Shown here: piece by piece, positions 1 to 10,331 of the stretch
How the letters are laid out: each line of letters begins with the position of its first letter
Numbering within the stretch: the stretch's first letter is position 1
Assembly (NCBI GenBank): GCA_003557645.1
Contig: PWNV01000014.1
Span: 17,989-81,988, forward strand
Length of the DNA: 64,000 bases
Reading direction: 5' to 3'
Source of the DNA: Candidatus Nealsonbacteria bacterium
Lineage (GTDB): Bacteria > Patescibacteriota > Minisyncoccia > Minisyncoccales > PWPS01
Notes under the pieces: generated by a model
The model's input: the letters and a program-made list of their open reading frames with translations, nothing else
What the model was told of the DNA's origin: nothing
Databases searched by the model: none
Position numbers and translations under genes: made by a program

Positions 1-1123
1 ATGTTCCCATCGAACCAGGAATGATCACTGGCTGGCCTATTTTTTTGTACCTTTCTGGAATCTTCTCGCTCCCTGGAGGAAGTGCTCTCGTTGCTCCCTT
101 TCGATGTACAAGAAGCTTTTTCCCTTGATGCTCTTCCATCTTCACCGTGTTATGTGCTACATCATAAACCATTTCCAGTCTTTCCTCTCCAAATACTTCC
201 GTCCACGCTTTAGAAATGAAGTGTCCAATCATATGCCTGTTGGCAAAAGCATAGTTCATTGCTCCAGAAAGTGCTTTTTGATAATTTTCCCCTTCCTTAG
301 AAAGAAAGGGAGCACAAACAAGCTCTTTATCAGGAATACTAATACCATGCTCTTTCATCTTTCCTTTCATTGTGTTGATATGTTCGCTGGCTACTTGGTG
401 GCCAAGCCCTCGTGATCCCGAGTGAACCATAATCATCACCTGTCCTTTAAAAATACCCATTTCTTCTGCCCCTGGAAAAATTTCTTTAACTTCTTGAATC
501 TCTAAAAAATGATTTCCTGATCCCAAAGTACCTACCTGATCCGCCCCTCTTCTTTTTGCTTTTTCTGAAATTAGAGAAGAATCTGCGTTGCTCATTCTCC
601 CTTCTTCTTCACAAAGTTCCGCTTCGCTTCCTTTCCCATATCCTTCCTCGATTAGATAGTCTACCCCTTCTTCCAATATTCTATCTATCTGAGAAAAGGT
701 AAATTTAAGCCTTCTTCCTTTTCCTAGGCCAGAAGGAATTTCTTTCTGTATTTTTTCAGCTAATTTTTTTAGACTTCCCTCTGATCCCTTTTTAGAAACA
801 CTTGAAGCGAAAAGCCTCATTCCACAGTTTATATCATATCCACAAACTCCAGGAGATATCACCCCCTTATCTATCTCTGTAGCAATCACTCCCCCAATAG
901 GAGATCCATAGCCCTCGTGCACATCAGGCATGGCCATTGCGTACTTGTAAGCACCAGGAAGAGTAGCAAGATTTATAAGTTGATCTAGTGACCTGTCTTT
1001 CAGGCTTTCCCTTAAAATTTCTTTAGTTGCGTACACTCTTGCAGGAACAAACATATCACTCCTGTGCTCTCTGGAAACTTCCCATAGATAATCATTCTTT
1101 TTTTTAAAATTATCTATCAACAT
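1..1123 (-). CDS. rtcB: RNA-splicing ligase RtcB (3' part runs off window start)
   Basis: Manual translation of minus strand from ATG (revcomp at 1121-1123): MPDVHEGYGSPIGGV, GSGNHF, HNTVK, HRKGAT motifs typical of RtcB; no stop before position 1. Confidence 0.85.
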   Translation of the reverse strand, partial: MLIDNFKKKNDYLWEVSREHRSDMFVPARVYATKEILRESLKDRSLDQLINLATLPGAYKYAMAMPDVHEGYGSPIGGVIATEIDKGVISPGVCGYDINCGMRLFASSVSKKGSEGSLKKLAEKIQKEIPSGLGKGRRLKFTFSQIDRILEEGVDYLIEEGYGKGSEAELCEEEGRMSNADSSLISEKAKRRGADQVGTLGSGNHFLEIQEVKEIFPGAEEMGIFKGQVMIMVHSGSRGLGHQVASEHINTMKGKMKEHGISIPDKELVCAPFLSKEGENYQKALSGAMNYAFANRHMIGHFISKAWTEVFGEERLEMVYDVAHNTVKMEEHQGKKLLVHRKGATRALPPGSEKIPERYKKIGQPVIIPGSMGT

Positions 1124-2375
1124 TTTTCTCAAACTCTTCCTTTGCTATCTTTCGATCATCCCAAGGCACCTTTTTACCATCTTTCAAGCAAAGCCATGGT
1201 TCATTCCCTTTGCCGGTGATAATTATTATATCCCCCTCGCGTGCTCCCTTCACCGCTTCTCTTATTGCCTCTCTTCTGTCTGCTACTTTCTCCCCTTTTC
1301 CTTTCGTTCCAGAGATTACCTCATCAATAATCTCTTCTGGGTCTTCGTCGTAAGGATCTTCATTGGTAACAATAACGCGATCACAATATTTTACAGCAAT
1401 TTCTCCCATAACAGGTCTCTTCCATTTATCTCTTCCGCCACCACAAGACCCTAATACAGCTATCATATTTTTAGGAGAAAAAGACTCTTTGATTTCTTTA
1501 TAAACATCTTCCAGCGTTGTTGGTGTAACCGCATAATCAACAATTATCTTAAAAGGAAAAGATACTACTTCTTCCATTCTTCCCGGAATTACACTTACCT
1601 TGGAAAGAGCTTTTGCTGCTATTTCTATATTTACGTTTTCAATCATAGCAAAAGAAACAGCGGCAAGAGCGTTATAAACATTAAAAGAACCTTTCAGCTG
1701 GAGATCAAACCTGGTATTTTCCAGCATAAAACTCACTCCCTCATAGGTAGATTTTATTTCTGTAGCGTGTAATAACTTTCCTTGTCCCTTCCAAGAAGGC
1801 TTTTCTTTTTTGCTAAAGTAAATTTTTTCTGTACTTTTAAAGCCAAGAAAGTAATCTGCGTTTTCATCATCAATATTTATAATGTGAGTATCTTTTGTAG
1901 CTTGAAAAAGTTTTCCTTTTTCTTTTTTATAGTTTTCAAAACCTTTGTGAGCTTCAATGTGTTCGGGGGAAAGATTAGTAAAGCAAGCAGCAGAAAATCT
2001 TATAAACCTATGACGATGCTGTTTAATACCTTCTGAAGCAACTTCCATCACTGCTATTTGGCAACCTCTGTCAACCGCTTTTCTAAGAAGTGACTGAAGA
2101 ACACCTCTTCCAGGCATAGTCATCTTAAAAAGGTTTTGTTCTTCTTCTCCATCAATTTCAAATTTTACCGAAGAAAAAGCGGCTACCTTATACCCTGCCT
2201 CCTTAAAGATACGAGATGTTAAATCTACAGTGGTGGTTTTCCCGTTGGTCCCTGTTACAGCAAAAACTATTATCTTAGAAGAAGGGAAACGGTAATAAAG
2301 AGCTCCCAGGAAAGCTAAGGCAAAATGGTAAGCCCCAATAAGAGGAGTGATTTTACGTAATGTCTTTTTAATCAT
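1110..2375 (-). CDS. Mur ligase family protein, MurE-like (UDP-N-acetylmuramoyl-tripeptide synthetase family), lacks N-terminal domain
   Basis: VTGTNGKTTT P-loop, DYAVTPTTLE (cf. DYAHTPDAL), TGKGNE (cf. AGKGHE), VIVTNEDPYDEDPEEI tail as in MurE. Confidence 0.55.
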   Translation of the reverse strand: MIKKTLRKITPLIGAYHFALAFLGALYYRFPSSKIIVFAVTGTNGKTTTVDLTSRIFKEAGYKVAAFSSVKFEIDGEEEQNLFKMTMPGRGVLQSLLRKAVDRGCQIAVMEVASEGIKQHRHRFIRFSAACFTNLSPEHIEAHKGFENYKKEKGKLFQATKDTHIINIDDENADYFLGFKSTEKIYFSKKEKPSWKGQGKLLHATEIKSTYEGVSFMLENTRFDLQLKGSFNVYNALAAVSFAMIENVNIEIAAKALSKVSVIPGRMEEVVSFPFKIIVDYAVTPTTLEDVYKEIKESFSPKNMIAVLGSCGGGRDKWKRPVMGEIAVKYCDRVIVTNEDPYDEDPEEIIDEVISGTKGKGEKVADRREAIREAVKGAREGDIIIITGKGNEPWLCLKDGKKVPWDDRKIAKEEFEKNVDR

Positions 2376-2901
2376 TTCCCAGAATCTTTAATGCTTTCTT
2401 TACTCTTTCTTCTGTGCTCCCTTCATCTGAAATTTTTCTTAGGGCCTCTTTTATGTTTGCTTGAGGAAATCCAAGCTCCCGTAAAGCCTCAAAAACTTCA
2501 TCCTTTTCCGGCTCTTTTATAAACTTACGAGAGAGCTCAAACACTATCTGTTGGCCTTTTTTTTCTCCAATACTAAATATTTCCTTCATTATTTGCTTAT
2601 CCTCTCTTTGTATCGCCTCCTTCATCTCTTCCATGGGAGCAATAGATGCAATGCGAAGAGCTGTTTTAGGTCCAATCCCAGAAATATTCATTAATTTTTC
2701 AAAGAAGTCTAAATTTTCTTTATTCTCAAAACCATACAACCGAGACCCTTTATCCGTCACCTGCATATGACAATAAAGCATAACTTCCTTGTTCTCTCCT
2801 ATCTTCGAGGAAACCAAGACTTTGTATCCAACCCCTCCCACATCAACAACAACAAAATCCTTTTCCACTACTTCTATTTTTCCTTTTAAATAATAAATCA
2901 T
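2368..2901 (-). CDS. ruvA: Holliday junction DNA helicase RuvA
   Basis: MIYYLKGKIEVV... OB-fold plus HhH (GIGPKTALRI) and C-terminal domain; start placed at third Met of ORF. Confidence 0.8.
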   Translation of the reverse strand: MIYYLKGKIEVVEKDFVVVDVGGVGYKVLVSSKIGENKEVMLYCHMQVTDKGSRLYGFENKENLDFFEKLMNISGIGPKTALRIASIAPMEEMKEAIQREDKQIMKEIFSIGEKKGQQIVFELSRKFIKEPEKDEVFEALRELGFPQANIKEALRKISDEGSTEERVKKALKILGND

Positions 2902-2979
2902 GTATTTCATTATACAAAATAACAAGAAATAATAAAGAAGATTTGACTTAATAAAGAAAAAATGATATACGGTAGAACT

Positions 2980-3234
2980 ATGCCAATAATCAAATCAGCT
3001 AAAAAAAGACTAAAGCAAAGCGAAAAAAGAAGATCGCTTAATTTGAGATACAAAAATCAAATGAAACTGGTAGTAAAGCAGATCAGGGATCTTCTTAAGG
3101 AAAAAAAGAAAAGCGAAGCAAAAAAGCTTCTCCCAGAAGCTTATAAAAAAATTGATAAAGCTGCAAAAGCAGGAGTGATAAAAAAGAATACTGCTTCTAG
3201 AAAAAAATCACGATTGACGAAAGCTTTAGCTTAA
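2980..3234 (+). CDS. rpsT: 30S ribosomal protein S20
   Basis: MPIIKSAKKRLKQSEKRR... basic helical protein matching S20 N-terminus. Confidence 0.8.
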   Translation: MPIIKSAKKRLKQSEKRRSLNLRYKNQMKLVVKQIRDLLKEKKKSEAKKLLPEAYKKIDKAAKAGVIKKNTASRKKSRLTKALA

Positions 3235-4163
3235 GACTGAAAAACAAATAAATGGAGCGCTGAAACGGGATCGATCTGTCCCGTTTTTATTTTTAGATCT
3301 ATTTCGAAAAGCCAATCATACTTTTCTTCAAGTTCTTTGTAAGAAAATCTCTCTGCCTGCTTGTAGCTCTTTGCAAAAACAAAAGAGTGTAACTTTGATC
3401 TGCTTTTCACTTCTTTGTAAGGAAGGTTTTTCTCCAGAAGATCACTCACTATAAGCAGATTTCTAAACTGATAACTAATCATAGAAAAAAGATAGAGGGG
3501 GTTATCTCCTTTTTCTAAATGATCATGCAAGAGCAAGATAGCTTTTTCTCTATCACCCAATGCAACAGCATCTATCATTTTAAAAATATTAATCTCTATC
3601 TCTGGCTTAACAAGCAACTTCACGTCTTCTATTTTTATGTTTTTAGAATAGAGGGAAAGTTTTTCTATTTCATTTTTAGTTCTATGCAAATCTTCTCCAC
3701 GAAAGCGCATTAAGTAGTTGACCACCTCTTTTGTAGCTTTCACTTTTCTTTTCTCGAATTCTTTTTCAATCCACAAGGCAAGACTTCCTTTGACAAGAGG
3801 TTTAAACTCTTGATGTTTGCCTTTTTTCTCTTTTGTTAAGAAAACAAAAAGCTCATCTTTCTCTTTAATCTCACCTTCCTCATAAAAAACAATAATATTC
3901 TCGGAAGATATTATTTTTTCCGGCTTTTCGATAATCGCTTTTTTAAGAGAAGAAGAAGTAAAACCGTTTTTTACCACAAGAAGCCTTTTTTCTTGAAACA
4001 TAGAGACTTGCCGCTCCTCATCGTAGATGTCATCAAGCGAACTCTTTTCATTCAAAAATTTAAGATTGAGGCCGCTCGTATGCTTTTTTTCATACTCTTT
4101 AATAATATCTTGCAACTTTTCTTTTGAGCGATAAGTGTCTTTTCCGTGAAGAATAATAATCAT
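3231..4163 (-). CDS. holA: DNA polymerase III delta subunit
   Basis: MIIILHGKDTYRSKEKLQDII N-terminus and overall length/pattern of HolA; translationally coupled to mutM upstream. Confidence 0.65.
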   Translation of the reverse strand: MIIILHGKDTYRSKEKLQDIIKEYEKKHTSGLNLKFLNEKSSLDDIYDEERQVSMFQEKRLLVVKNGFTSSSLKKAIIEKPEKIISSENIIVFYEEGEIKEKDELFVFLTKEKKGKHQEFKPLVKGSLALWIEKEFEKRKVKATKEVVNYLMRFRGEDLHRTKNEIEKLSLYSKNIKIEDVKLLVKPEIEINIFKMIDAVALGDREKAILLLHDHLEKGDNPLYLFSMISYQFRNLLIVSDLLEKNLPYKEVKSRSKLHSFVFAKSYKQAERFSYKELEEKYDWLFEIDLKIKTGQIDPVSALHLFVFQS

Positions 4164-4984
4164 ATTTTCTGGCAAGTAGGACAATAATAAGTTCCCCTTC
4201 CTCCTACTTTAACTCTTTCTATCTTATCCTTACAGCTAAAACAGGGCAAGCCCTTCCGATTATATACCAGATGTTCATTTTGATATCCTCCCTTCTCTCC
4301 ACTTATAAGTCGATAATCACTCGTACTGTCTCCCTTGAGCTTTATTGATTTTTCCAGTATCTCTTTAAGAAAAGAGTAGATTCTTTTTTTCTCTTCTATG
4401 CTTAGAGATCCTGCATCTTTCCAAGGTGCAATTCCCGCCTTGAAAAGAACCTCAGCAGCATAGATGTTTCCAACACCAACAAGAAAGAACTGATTCATCA
4501 GCAAAGGTTTAATTTTTCCTTTCTTTTTGTTGAACAATTTAAGAAAATCCTCTTCCTTAAGAGATAGTGGCTCAGGGCCAAGCTTTTCCGAGTATTGCTT
4601 TTCTTCTTCTTTGGTAATTAGGGAAACCTTCGCAAATTTTCTCGGATCAGAAAGCGCGATCTGTTTCCCGTCATCAAGAAAAAAAATAAATCGTAAAAAT
4701 TTGTTTTTCCTTTCCTGCAAAATCTTTTCTTCACTCTCCCAATCTCCATTTTTTTGCTTCCACTTTCCAAGAAGTAAATGACCTGTCATACGCAAATGAA
4801 TAAATAAAACATTTTCACTGCTTAAGTCAAAAAAAATACACTTTCCTCTTCTTCTTATTTTCTCAATGCGTTTTCCTTCGAGCTCTTTCAAATCATTATC
4901 CCCCCATACACGCACAAAGGTCCTTTTGAGGACCTTTTTTTTAAGCGATGAAACTGTTGTCTCTACTTCAGGAAGTTCCGGCAT
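4160..4984 (-). CDS. mutM: Formamidopyrimidine-DNA glycosylase (Fpg/MutM)
   Basis: MPELPEVE N-terminal catalytic Pro, H2TH region, C-terminal CxxC...CxxC zinc finger (CPTCQK). Confidence 0.85.
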   Translation of the reverse strand: MPELPEVETTVSSLKKKVLKRTFVRVWGDNDLKELEGKRIEKIRRRGKCIFFDLSSENVLFIHLRMTGHLLLGKWKQKNGDWESEEKILQERKNKFLRFIFFLDDGKQIALSDPRKFAKVSLITKEEEKQYSEKLGPEPLSLKEEDFLKLFNKKKGKIKPLLMNQFFLVGVGNIYAAEVLFKAGIAPWKDAGSLSIEEKKRIYSFLKEILEKSIKLKGDSTSDYRLISGEKGGYQNEHLVYNRKGLPCFSCKDKIERVKVGGRGTYYCPTCQKI

Positions 4985-5014
4985 ATCAAAAACAACTAAA
5001 ATTTGTATCTTCCT

Positions 5015-5377
5015 CTAAAGAGTTTCTTGAATTTTTTCAATAATTTCTCCAGGGGTAAAGTGTGCTTTTATTAAAAAGTCAATTGCACCAAGGCTCAATC
5101 CTCTTTCTACTTCACTCTTCTGCCCTAGATTAGAGAGAATAATTACTGGAATATCTTTTACTTCTGGATCTTGCTTTACTCTCTCTAAAACAGTAAAACC
5201 ATCAATGCCTGGAAGAATAAGGTCCAGAAGAACTAAATCAGGCCTTTCTTCTTTTATTTTTTCTTCTCCCTCTTCTCCGTCCACAGCTTGAACCACCTCA
5301 TAATTCTCTCTGTCAAGCTTACGAGTAATCATCTCTCGAAGAAACTTATCATCTTCAACAACTAATATTTTAGCCAT
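5015..5377 (-). CDS. Single-domain response regulator (receiver only)
   Basis: MAKILVVEDD...DLVLLDLILPGIDGF...phospho-acceptor Asp context; no output domain. Confidence 0.8.
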   Translation of the reverse strand: MAKILVVEDDKFLREMITRKLDRENYEVVQAVDGEEGEEKIKEERPDLVLLDLILPGIDGFTVLERVKQDPEVKDIPVIILSNLGQKSEVERGLSLGAIDFLIKAHFTPGEIIEKIQETL

Positions 5378-5406
5378 ATTTTTTTATATTTATATTTTTA
5401 AAATTA

Positions 5407-5793
5407 TTAAATATTATTGTCTTTGGGTTTCCCAATTTGTTTAATTACTTTATCCACCACTTCTTGGGGGTCAAATTCTGTTTTTACAAGCCAATCACAC
5501 GCTCCAAGTCTTTGTGCTCGGTCAATCTCAACCGGTTGACCAGAGTTAGAAACTACAACAACAGGAACTCCTGAAAAACTTTTATCCTTTTGCATCTCTT
5601 CCATCATCTCAAACCCTCCCATGTTCGGCATAATAATATCTAAAAGAACAATATCTGGTTTTACCTGCTTTATTTTTTCAAGTCCCTCTATACCATCTCG
5701 TGCAACATCTGCTTCGTATCCCTCTTCTCTTAATCTCTTTTGTAATAAACTACGAAGAATCTCTTCATCTTCAACAATTAGAACTTTTTTCAT
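5407..5793 (-). CDS. Single-domain response regulator (receiver only)
   Basis: MKKVLIVEDEE...DIVLLDIIMPNMGGF; CheY-like. Confidence 0.8.
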   Translation of the reverse strand: MKKVLIVEDEEILRSLLQKRLREEGYEADVARDGIEGLEKIKQVKPDIVLLDIIMPNMGGFEMMEEMQKDKSFSGVPVVVVSNSGQPVEIDRAQRLGACDWLVKTEFDPQEVVDKVIKQIGKPKDNNI

Positions 5794-5858
5794 GATTTTA
5801 GGTGTTACCAGTCTTTTCTGTATTCTATTATGATTAAAAATAATGTCAACTAAAAATA

Positions 5859-7568
5859 TTATTTAACAAATGGAATGGTGAAATAGAAAGTACTTCCTTC
5901 TTCAGCCTTAGAGGTAAAACCAATCTTTCCACCGTGTGCATCAATAATATTTTTGGCGATGAAAAGCCCTATCCCTGACCCCTCCGTCTCCATACGCATT
6001 ACGTTTGCAGCACGAAAAAACTTAGTAAAAATTCTTTTTTTCTGTTCATCTGGTATCCCTACTCCCGTATCAGTAATTGATACTTTAATTTCTTCCTCTT
6101 CCTTACTAATAACAATAACCACCCCTCCTTCCTTGGTATAGTTTACGGCGTTATCTAGAAAATTCTGAATCACCATCTCAATTTTCTCCTTATCAATTTT
6201 AACTTTTGGCAGCTCTTCTTTTGGTTTTTCTACTTGAAGCTTTAATTTCTTCTCTTCTATTTTACTTTTATATTCTTCAATGATCGGACTAATGATTTCC
6301 ATCAAATCCACCTCTTCTGGCTTATATATATACCTTCCTTCTTCAATTCGGGTTACGTTTAAAAGATCATTGATTAAAGAAACCATGCGATTATTGGCAT
6401 CGTATGCCTTTTCAAGCAACTCTGTGTGTTCTTCAGGCGCATCCTTGCCCATCTCTTCTAAAATGGTTTTCAATGTCCACTTAACACCAGAAAGGGGGGT
6501 TCTAAGCTGATGAGCAGCAACAGAAACAAACTCCGTTTTTATCTGCTCCATCTGTTTTTCTCTTGTAATGTCATGCACATTTACAAGAGTACCAAAGTTT
6601 TTTCCCTTATATATAATAGGAATTGTTGTAATCTCAAGAAAAAAATTATCGCTAATCTGCATTTCTTTTCGGAACAAGTCTTCAATTTTTTCTCCGATTA
6701 CTTCAATCAACGACTCCAAAGCCGGTAAAGATTTAAGCTCCTTTATACTTTTCCCTCTAACATCTTTAGCTTTTACATTAAACATCTTCCCCGCCTCGGG
6801 ATTAATAAGAGTGAGCTCCTTCTTTTCATTGAAGAGAAAAAGTCCATCTGCAAAATTGCTAATTACTGCTAAGGTTTTTTCTCTTTCTCTTTCCACTTTT
6901 CTTAGCGATTCCTCATTCTCTTCCAAGATATTTAGAAGGGCAGTCTGAGACTTTTCCAGCTCTTTTGCTCTTTCCTGTAGCTCTTTTGTTCTTTCTTCTA
7001 CCTTTCTTTCCAGATTTTCATTTAACTCTTTAAGCTCTCTAGTACGAGCATTAATTTTAATTTCCAGTACCGCCTCAGATCTTTCTAACTTTTCTTTCGC
7101 TTTCTCCAGTTCTGCTGTCCTTTCTTTTATTTTTCTTTCCAGCTCCTCTTCAAACTCTTTCGTTTTTGTAATATCGGTAATTGTTAAAAAATAACCAGAA
7201 AAACTTCCATGTCGATCTTTCCTCGCAAGAGCAGACACTTCAACCGGAACCTCTTTTCCTTCTTTAGTGCTTAAGAAAGTTCTCCTATCGACTGCTCCTT
7301 CACTACTTGACACTTCTTCCTTAAAATCTTCGACAACCTCTTTATCTCTAAACAAAAATTCTATGTCATTTCCAATAACCTCCAATTTTTCATATCCGGT
7401 AAGATTTTCAAAGGACTGATTTACATCAAGAATAAAGTCAAGAGAATTTACCATACAAAAAGAAAGAGGGAGAAATGAGATAAACTCTTCTATATACTCC
7501 CTAAGCTCTTCAAGCTCTTTCTCTGTGGCTTCAATTATTTTTTCGCTTTTTGCTTTTTCTTCCGCCAT
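5859..7568 (-). CDS. Cytoplasmic sensor histidine kinase (coiled-coil, PAS-like, HisKA, HATPase_c)
   Basis: H-box AAHQLRTPLSGV, G-boxes DTGVGIP / GSGIGLFIAK; no TM segment; long coiled-coil in middle. Confidence 0.85.
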   Translation of the reverse strand: MAEEKAKSEKIIEATEKELEELREYIEEFISFLPLSFCMVNSLDFILDVNQSFENLTGYEKLEVIGNDIEFLFRDKEVVEDFKEEVSSSEGAVDRRTFLSTKEGKEVPVEVSALARKDRHGSFSGYFLTITDITKTKEFEEELERKIKERTAELEKAKEKLERSEAVLEIKINARTRELKELNENLERKVEERTKELQERAKELEKSQTALLNILEENEESLRKVEREREKTLAVISNFADGLFLFNEKKELTLINPEAGKMFNVKAKDVRGKSIKELKSLPALESLIEVIGEKIEDLFRKEMQISDNFFLEITTIPIIYKGKNFGTLVNVHDITREKQMEQIKTEFVSVAAHQLRTPLSGVKWTLKTILEEMGKDAPEEHTELLEKAYDANNRMVSLINDLLNVTRIEEGRYIYKPEEVDLMEIISPIIEEYKSKIEEKKLKLQVEKPKEELPKVKIDKEKIEMVIQNFLDNAVNYTKEGGVVIVISKEEEEIKVSITDTGVGIPDEQKKRIFTKFFRAANVMRMETEGSGIGLFIAKNIIDAHGGKIGFTSKAEEGSTFYFTIPFVK

Positions 7569-7628
7569 TCTTGTTTTGATTCTTACTTTTTAAAAATAGC
7601 ACTTTGAGATTTAGAATTCAATTCTTTT

Positions 7629-8516
7629 TTAAATTCCAAGTTCCAGGTTTACCTTTTCTTCCGGAAGACGATTAATCAAACTACTAAAACCAAGTCCTTC
7701 AAAAACAAGAGAAAGCCTTTCTTTCTTGTAATCGAAATAAAAATCTCCAAGATTAAAAGGAAAGTCTTTGTCCCTTCTTATCGTCGCCAATTCCTTGCTT
7801 AAAAAGGCTTTTTCTTTTTCTTCTTTCAATTTTTCTCTTAATCTCTCAGAAGCAACTTTATTTAAAGAAAAATACAAATTCTCCAAATTTTCAAACTCCT
7901 TGATAAGCTTTAATGCTGTCTTTTCTCCCACTCCGCTAACCCCAGGTATATTGTCCGAAGAGTCTCCCTGAAGAGCTTTTATATCTGGAATATTTCCTGG
8001 AGAAATTCCTTCATAACGCTCTTTAACCTTTTCTACGTCATATAAAACTCCTTCTTTTATTCCTCTTTTCAAGTTATAGATTTTTATGTTTTTGTCTGCT
8101 AGCTGTAAAATATCACCATCGCCACTTACAATAATTGTCTCCATCTCTTTCGAAGAAAAGAGAGAGAGAGTTCCTATGATATCATCCGCCTCCAGTCCTT
8201 TTTCTTCTAAAACAGAGACTCCCATTGCTTCAAAAATACTTTTCATTCCCTCTATTTGGGAAACAAGATCTGATGCAGTTTTAGGTCTTTGTTCCTTATA
8301 TTCCTTATACTTTTCATGCCGAAAAGTTTTTCCAGGAAAATCAAAAATTGCTGAAACATATTGAGGTCTAAAGGATGAAAATATCTTTAAAAACGCAAGC
8401 AAAGAACCGTACATCGCTCCTGCCGGTTTCCCATCCTTGGTGGTAAGTGGCGGAAGAGCGTGAAAAGCCCTGTGAAGAATAGAATTTGTGTCAATTAATA
8501 AGAATCTCTTTTCCAT
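7629..8516 (-). CDS. Stand-alone 5'-3' exonuclease (Pol I N-terminal/FEN-like)
   Basis: LLIDTNSILHRAFHALPP, GDSSDNIPGV, HhH; 295 aa without polymerase domain. Confidence 0.8.
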   Translation of the reverse strand: MEKRFLLIDTNSILHRAFHALPPLTTKDGKPAGAMYGSLLAFLKIFSSFRPQYVSAIFDFPGKTFRHEKYKEYKEQRPKTASDLVSQIEGMKSIFEAMGVSVLEEKGLEADDIIGTLSLFSSKEMETIIVSGDGDILQLADKNIKIYNLKRGIKEGVLYDVEKVKERYEGISPGNIPDIKALQGDSSDNIPGVSGVGEKTALKLIKEFENLENLYFSLNKVASERLREKLKEEKEKAFLSKELATIRRDKDFPFNLGDFYFDYKKERLSLVFEGLGFSSLINRLPEEKVNLELGI

Positions 8517-8761
8517 TGCTCTATACTATATCACATTAAAACCATCAAACACAGTCTTTGACAGAACGCCTTTTTTCTGATACTATAAAGTCATTATAAT
8601 AACTTTGGACTTGGAATTCATCTAAAAATCGTGTCCGTACTAAATTCACTATTTTTATATCGAGAACTAAAAAAATCGCGGGCTGTACTACTGAAATAGT
8701 GCCTGCATGCTCTTGAAAAAACGGGCAGAAAGACGTTGAAGAATCAAGTCTCCAAACTTGT

Positions 8762-10291
8762 ATGGAACAATTAACTTCACTTTTAGTGGCTGTGTTAATT
8801 TTGGTTACTGGTACCATTTTAGGGTATTACGCCAGACAATCAATCGCCAAAAGAGATCATAAGGCACTAGAAACCAAAGTACAGCAAAGAATAGATCACG
8901 CAAAAAAGAAAAGTAGAGGGATTATAAGCGAAGCAAAGAAACAAGCTGCTGAAACAGTAGAGACAGCAAAAAGAGAAACCGAAGAAAAGACAGAAGAACT
9001 TTTTAAACGAGAAAAATTTCTTTTAAAAAGAGAAAATTCTTTAGATAAAAAACTCTCTCATCATGAAAAAAGAGAGTCACTCTTTAATCAAAAAGTACAT
9101 CGCTTAAAAGAACTGAAAAGCCAAGTCGATACGATGCAAGAACAAGCTGAAACAGATCTTGCAAGAATTGCCGAGCTTTCTAAGGAAGAAGCTAAAGAAG
9201 AATTTCTTCAAGTCGTAGAAAGAGACTATGAAAAAGATATTGTTGATAGAATCGACAAGTTAGAAAGAGAAGGTCGAGACCGTTACTTACAAAGAGCAAG
9301 AGAAATCCTTGCTACTGTAATTCAAAAATACTCCGCTTCTCAAGTACAAGACCTTACAACGAGCAATGTAAGACTTCCCGACGACGAAATTAAAGGAAGA
9401 ATTATTGGAAAAGAGGGAAGAAACATTAAAACTCTAGAAAAATTAACCGGAGCAGAGGTAGTAGTAGATGACACTCCAGAAACGGTGGTTATCTCTAGCT
9501 TTGATCCGATAAGAAGACAGATCGCTAAAATAGCCTTGGAAAAACTTATTTTTGATGGAAGAATTCAACCAGCAAGAATAGAGGAAACTGTTGAAAAAGC
9601 AGAAGAAGAAGTTTCTGATCAGATTAAAAAAGCTGGAGAGCAAGCAGTTTACGACACAGGAGTTATCAATCTTGATCCAAAATTAGTAAATCTTTTAGGA
9701 AGACTTCTCTTCCGCTCTAGCTACGGTCAAAACATTTTAGCTCACTCTCTGGAGGTAAGTTTTCTTTCCGAGGCGATCGCTTCGGAGATCGGAGCAGACG
9801 CTTCTGTTTGTAAAAAAGCTGGGCTCTTGCACGACATCGGAAAAGCCTTGGACCACCAAGTAGAAGGCTCTCACGTTGATATAGGAATAAGGGTTTTAAA
9901 GAAGTTTGAAGTAGAAGAAGACATTATCACTGCAATGAAAGCTCATCACGAAGAATATCCTTATGAAAGCGTAGAAGCTGTAATTGTACAAACAGCAGAC
10001 GCGATTTCTGGAAGTAGGCCAGGAGCAAGAAAAGACACTCTAGAAAATTACTTAAAAAGACTAAGCGAACTGGAGGGAGTAGCAAACTCCTTTGCTGGAG
10101 TAGAAAAGTCATACGCTGTTCAGGCAGGTAGAGAAATAAGGGTGTTCGTAAAGCCAGAAGATGTAAGTGATTTGGAAGCAAAAAAGATATCTCGAAGTAT
10201 TGCAGACAAAATACAGCAAGATCTCAAATACCCAGGAGAAATAAAGGTGACTCTTATAAGGGAGAAAAGAATTATTGATTACGCAAAATAA
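8762..10291 (+). CDS. rny: Ribonuclease Y
   Basis: N-terminal TM helix, coiled-coil, KH (GRIIGKEGRNIK), HD domain (LLHDIGKA). Confidence 0.9.
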   Translation: MEQLTSLLVAVLILVTGTILGYYARQSIAKRDHKALETKVQQRIDHAKKKSRGIISEAKKQAAETVETAKRETEEKTEELFKREKFLLKRENSLDKKLSHHEKRESLFNQKVHRLKELKSQVDTMQEQAETDLARIAELSKEEAKEEFLQVVERDYEKDIVDRIDKLEREGRDRYLQRAREILATVIQKYSASQVQDLTTSNVRLPDDEIKGRIIGKEGRNIKTLEKLTGAEVVVDDTPETVVISSFDPIRRQIAKIALEKLIFDGRIQPARIEETVEKAEEEVSDQIKKAGEQAVYDTGVINLDPKLVNLLGRLLFRSSYGQNILAHSLEVSFLSEAIASEIGADASVCKKAGLLHDIGKALDHQVEGSHVDIGIRVLKKFEVEEDIITAMKAHHEEYPYESVEAVIVQTADAISGSRPGARKDTLENYLKRLSELEGVANSFAGVEKSYAVQAGREIRVFVKPEDVSDLEAKKISRSIADKIQQDLKYPGEIKVTLIREKRIIDYAK

Positions 10292-10301
10292 GAATTATAA
10301 A

Positions 10302-10329
10302 AACTCCGTCAAAAAGACGGAGTTTTTTC
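10302..10329 (+). terminator. Rho-independent terminator after rny
   Basis: ctccgtc-aaaaa-gacggag hairpin followed by TTTTTT. Confidence 0.7.
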
Positions 10330-10331
10330 TG

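Noticed and set aside
104-415. 103-aa plus-strand ORF
   Set aside because: Lies entirely antisense within the well-supported rtcB coding region; no motifs; typical shadow ORF.
8517-8761. 245-nt leader upstream of rny, with weak stem ctgc ... gcag, as a candidate riboswitch
   Set aside because: No recognisable riboswitch consensus and only weak pairing; probably an ordinary promoter/5' UTR. ORF 8545..8817 (-) inside it is likely spurious.
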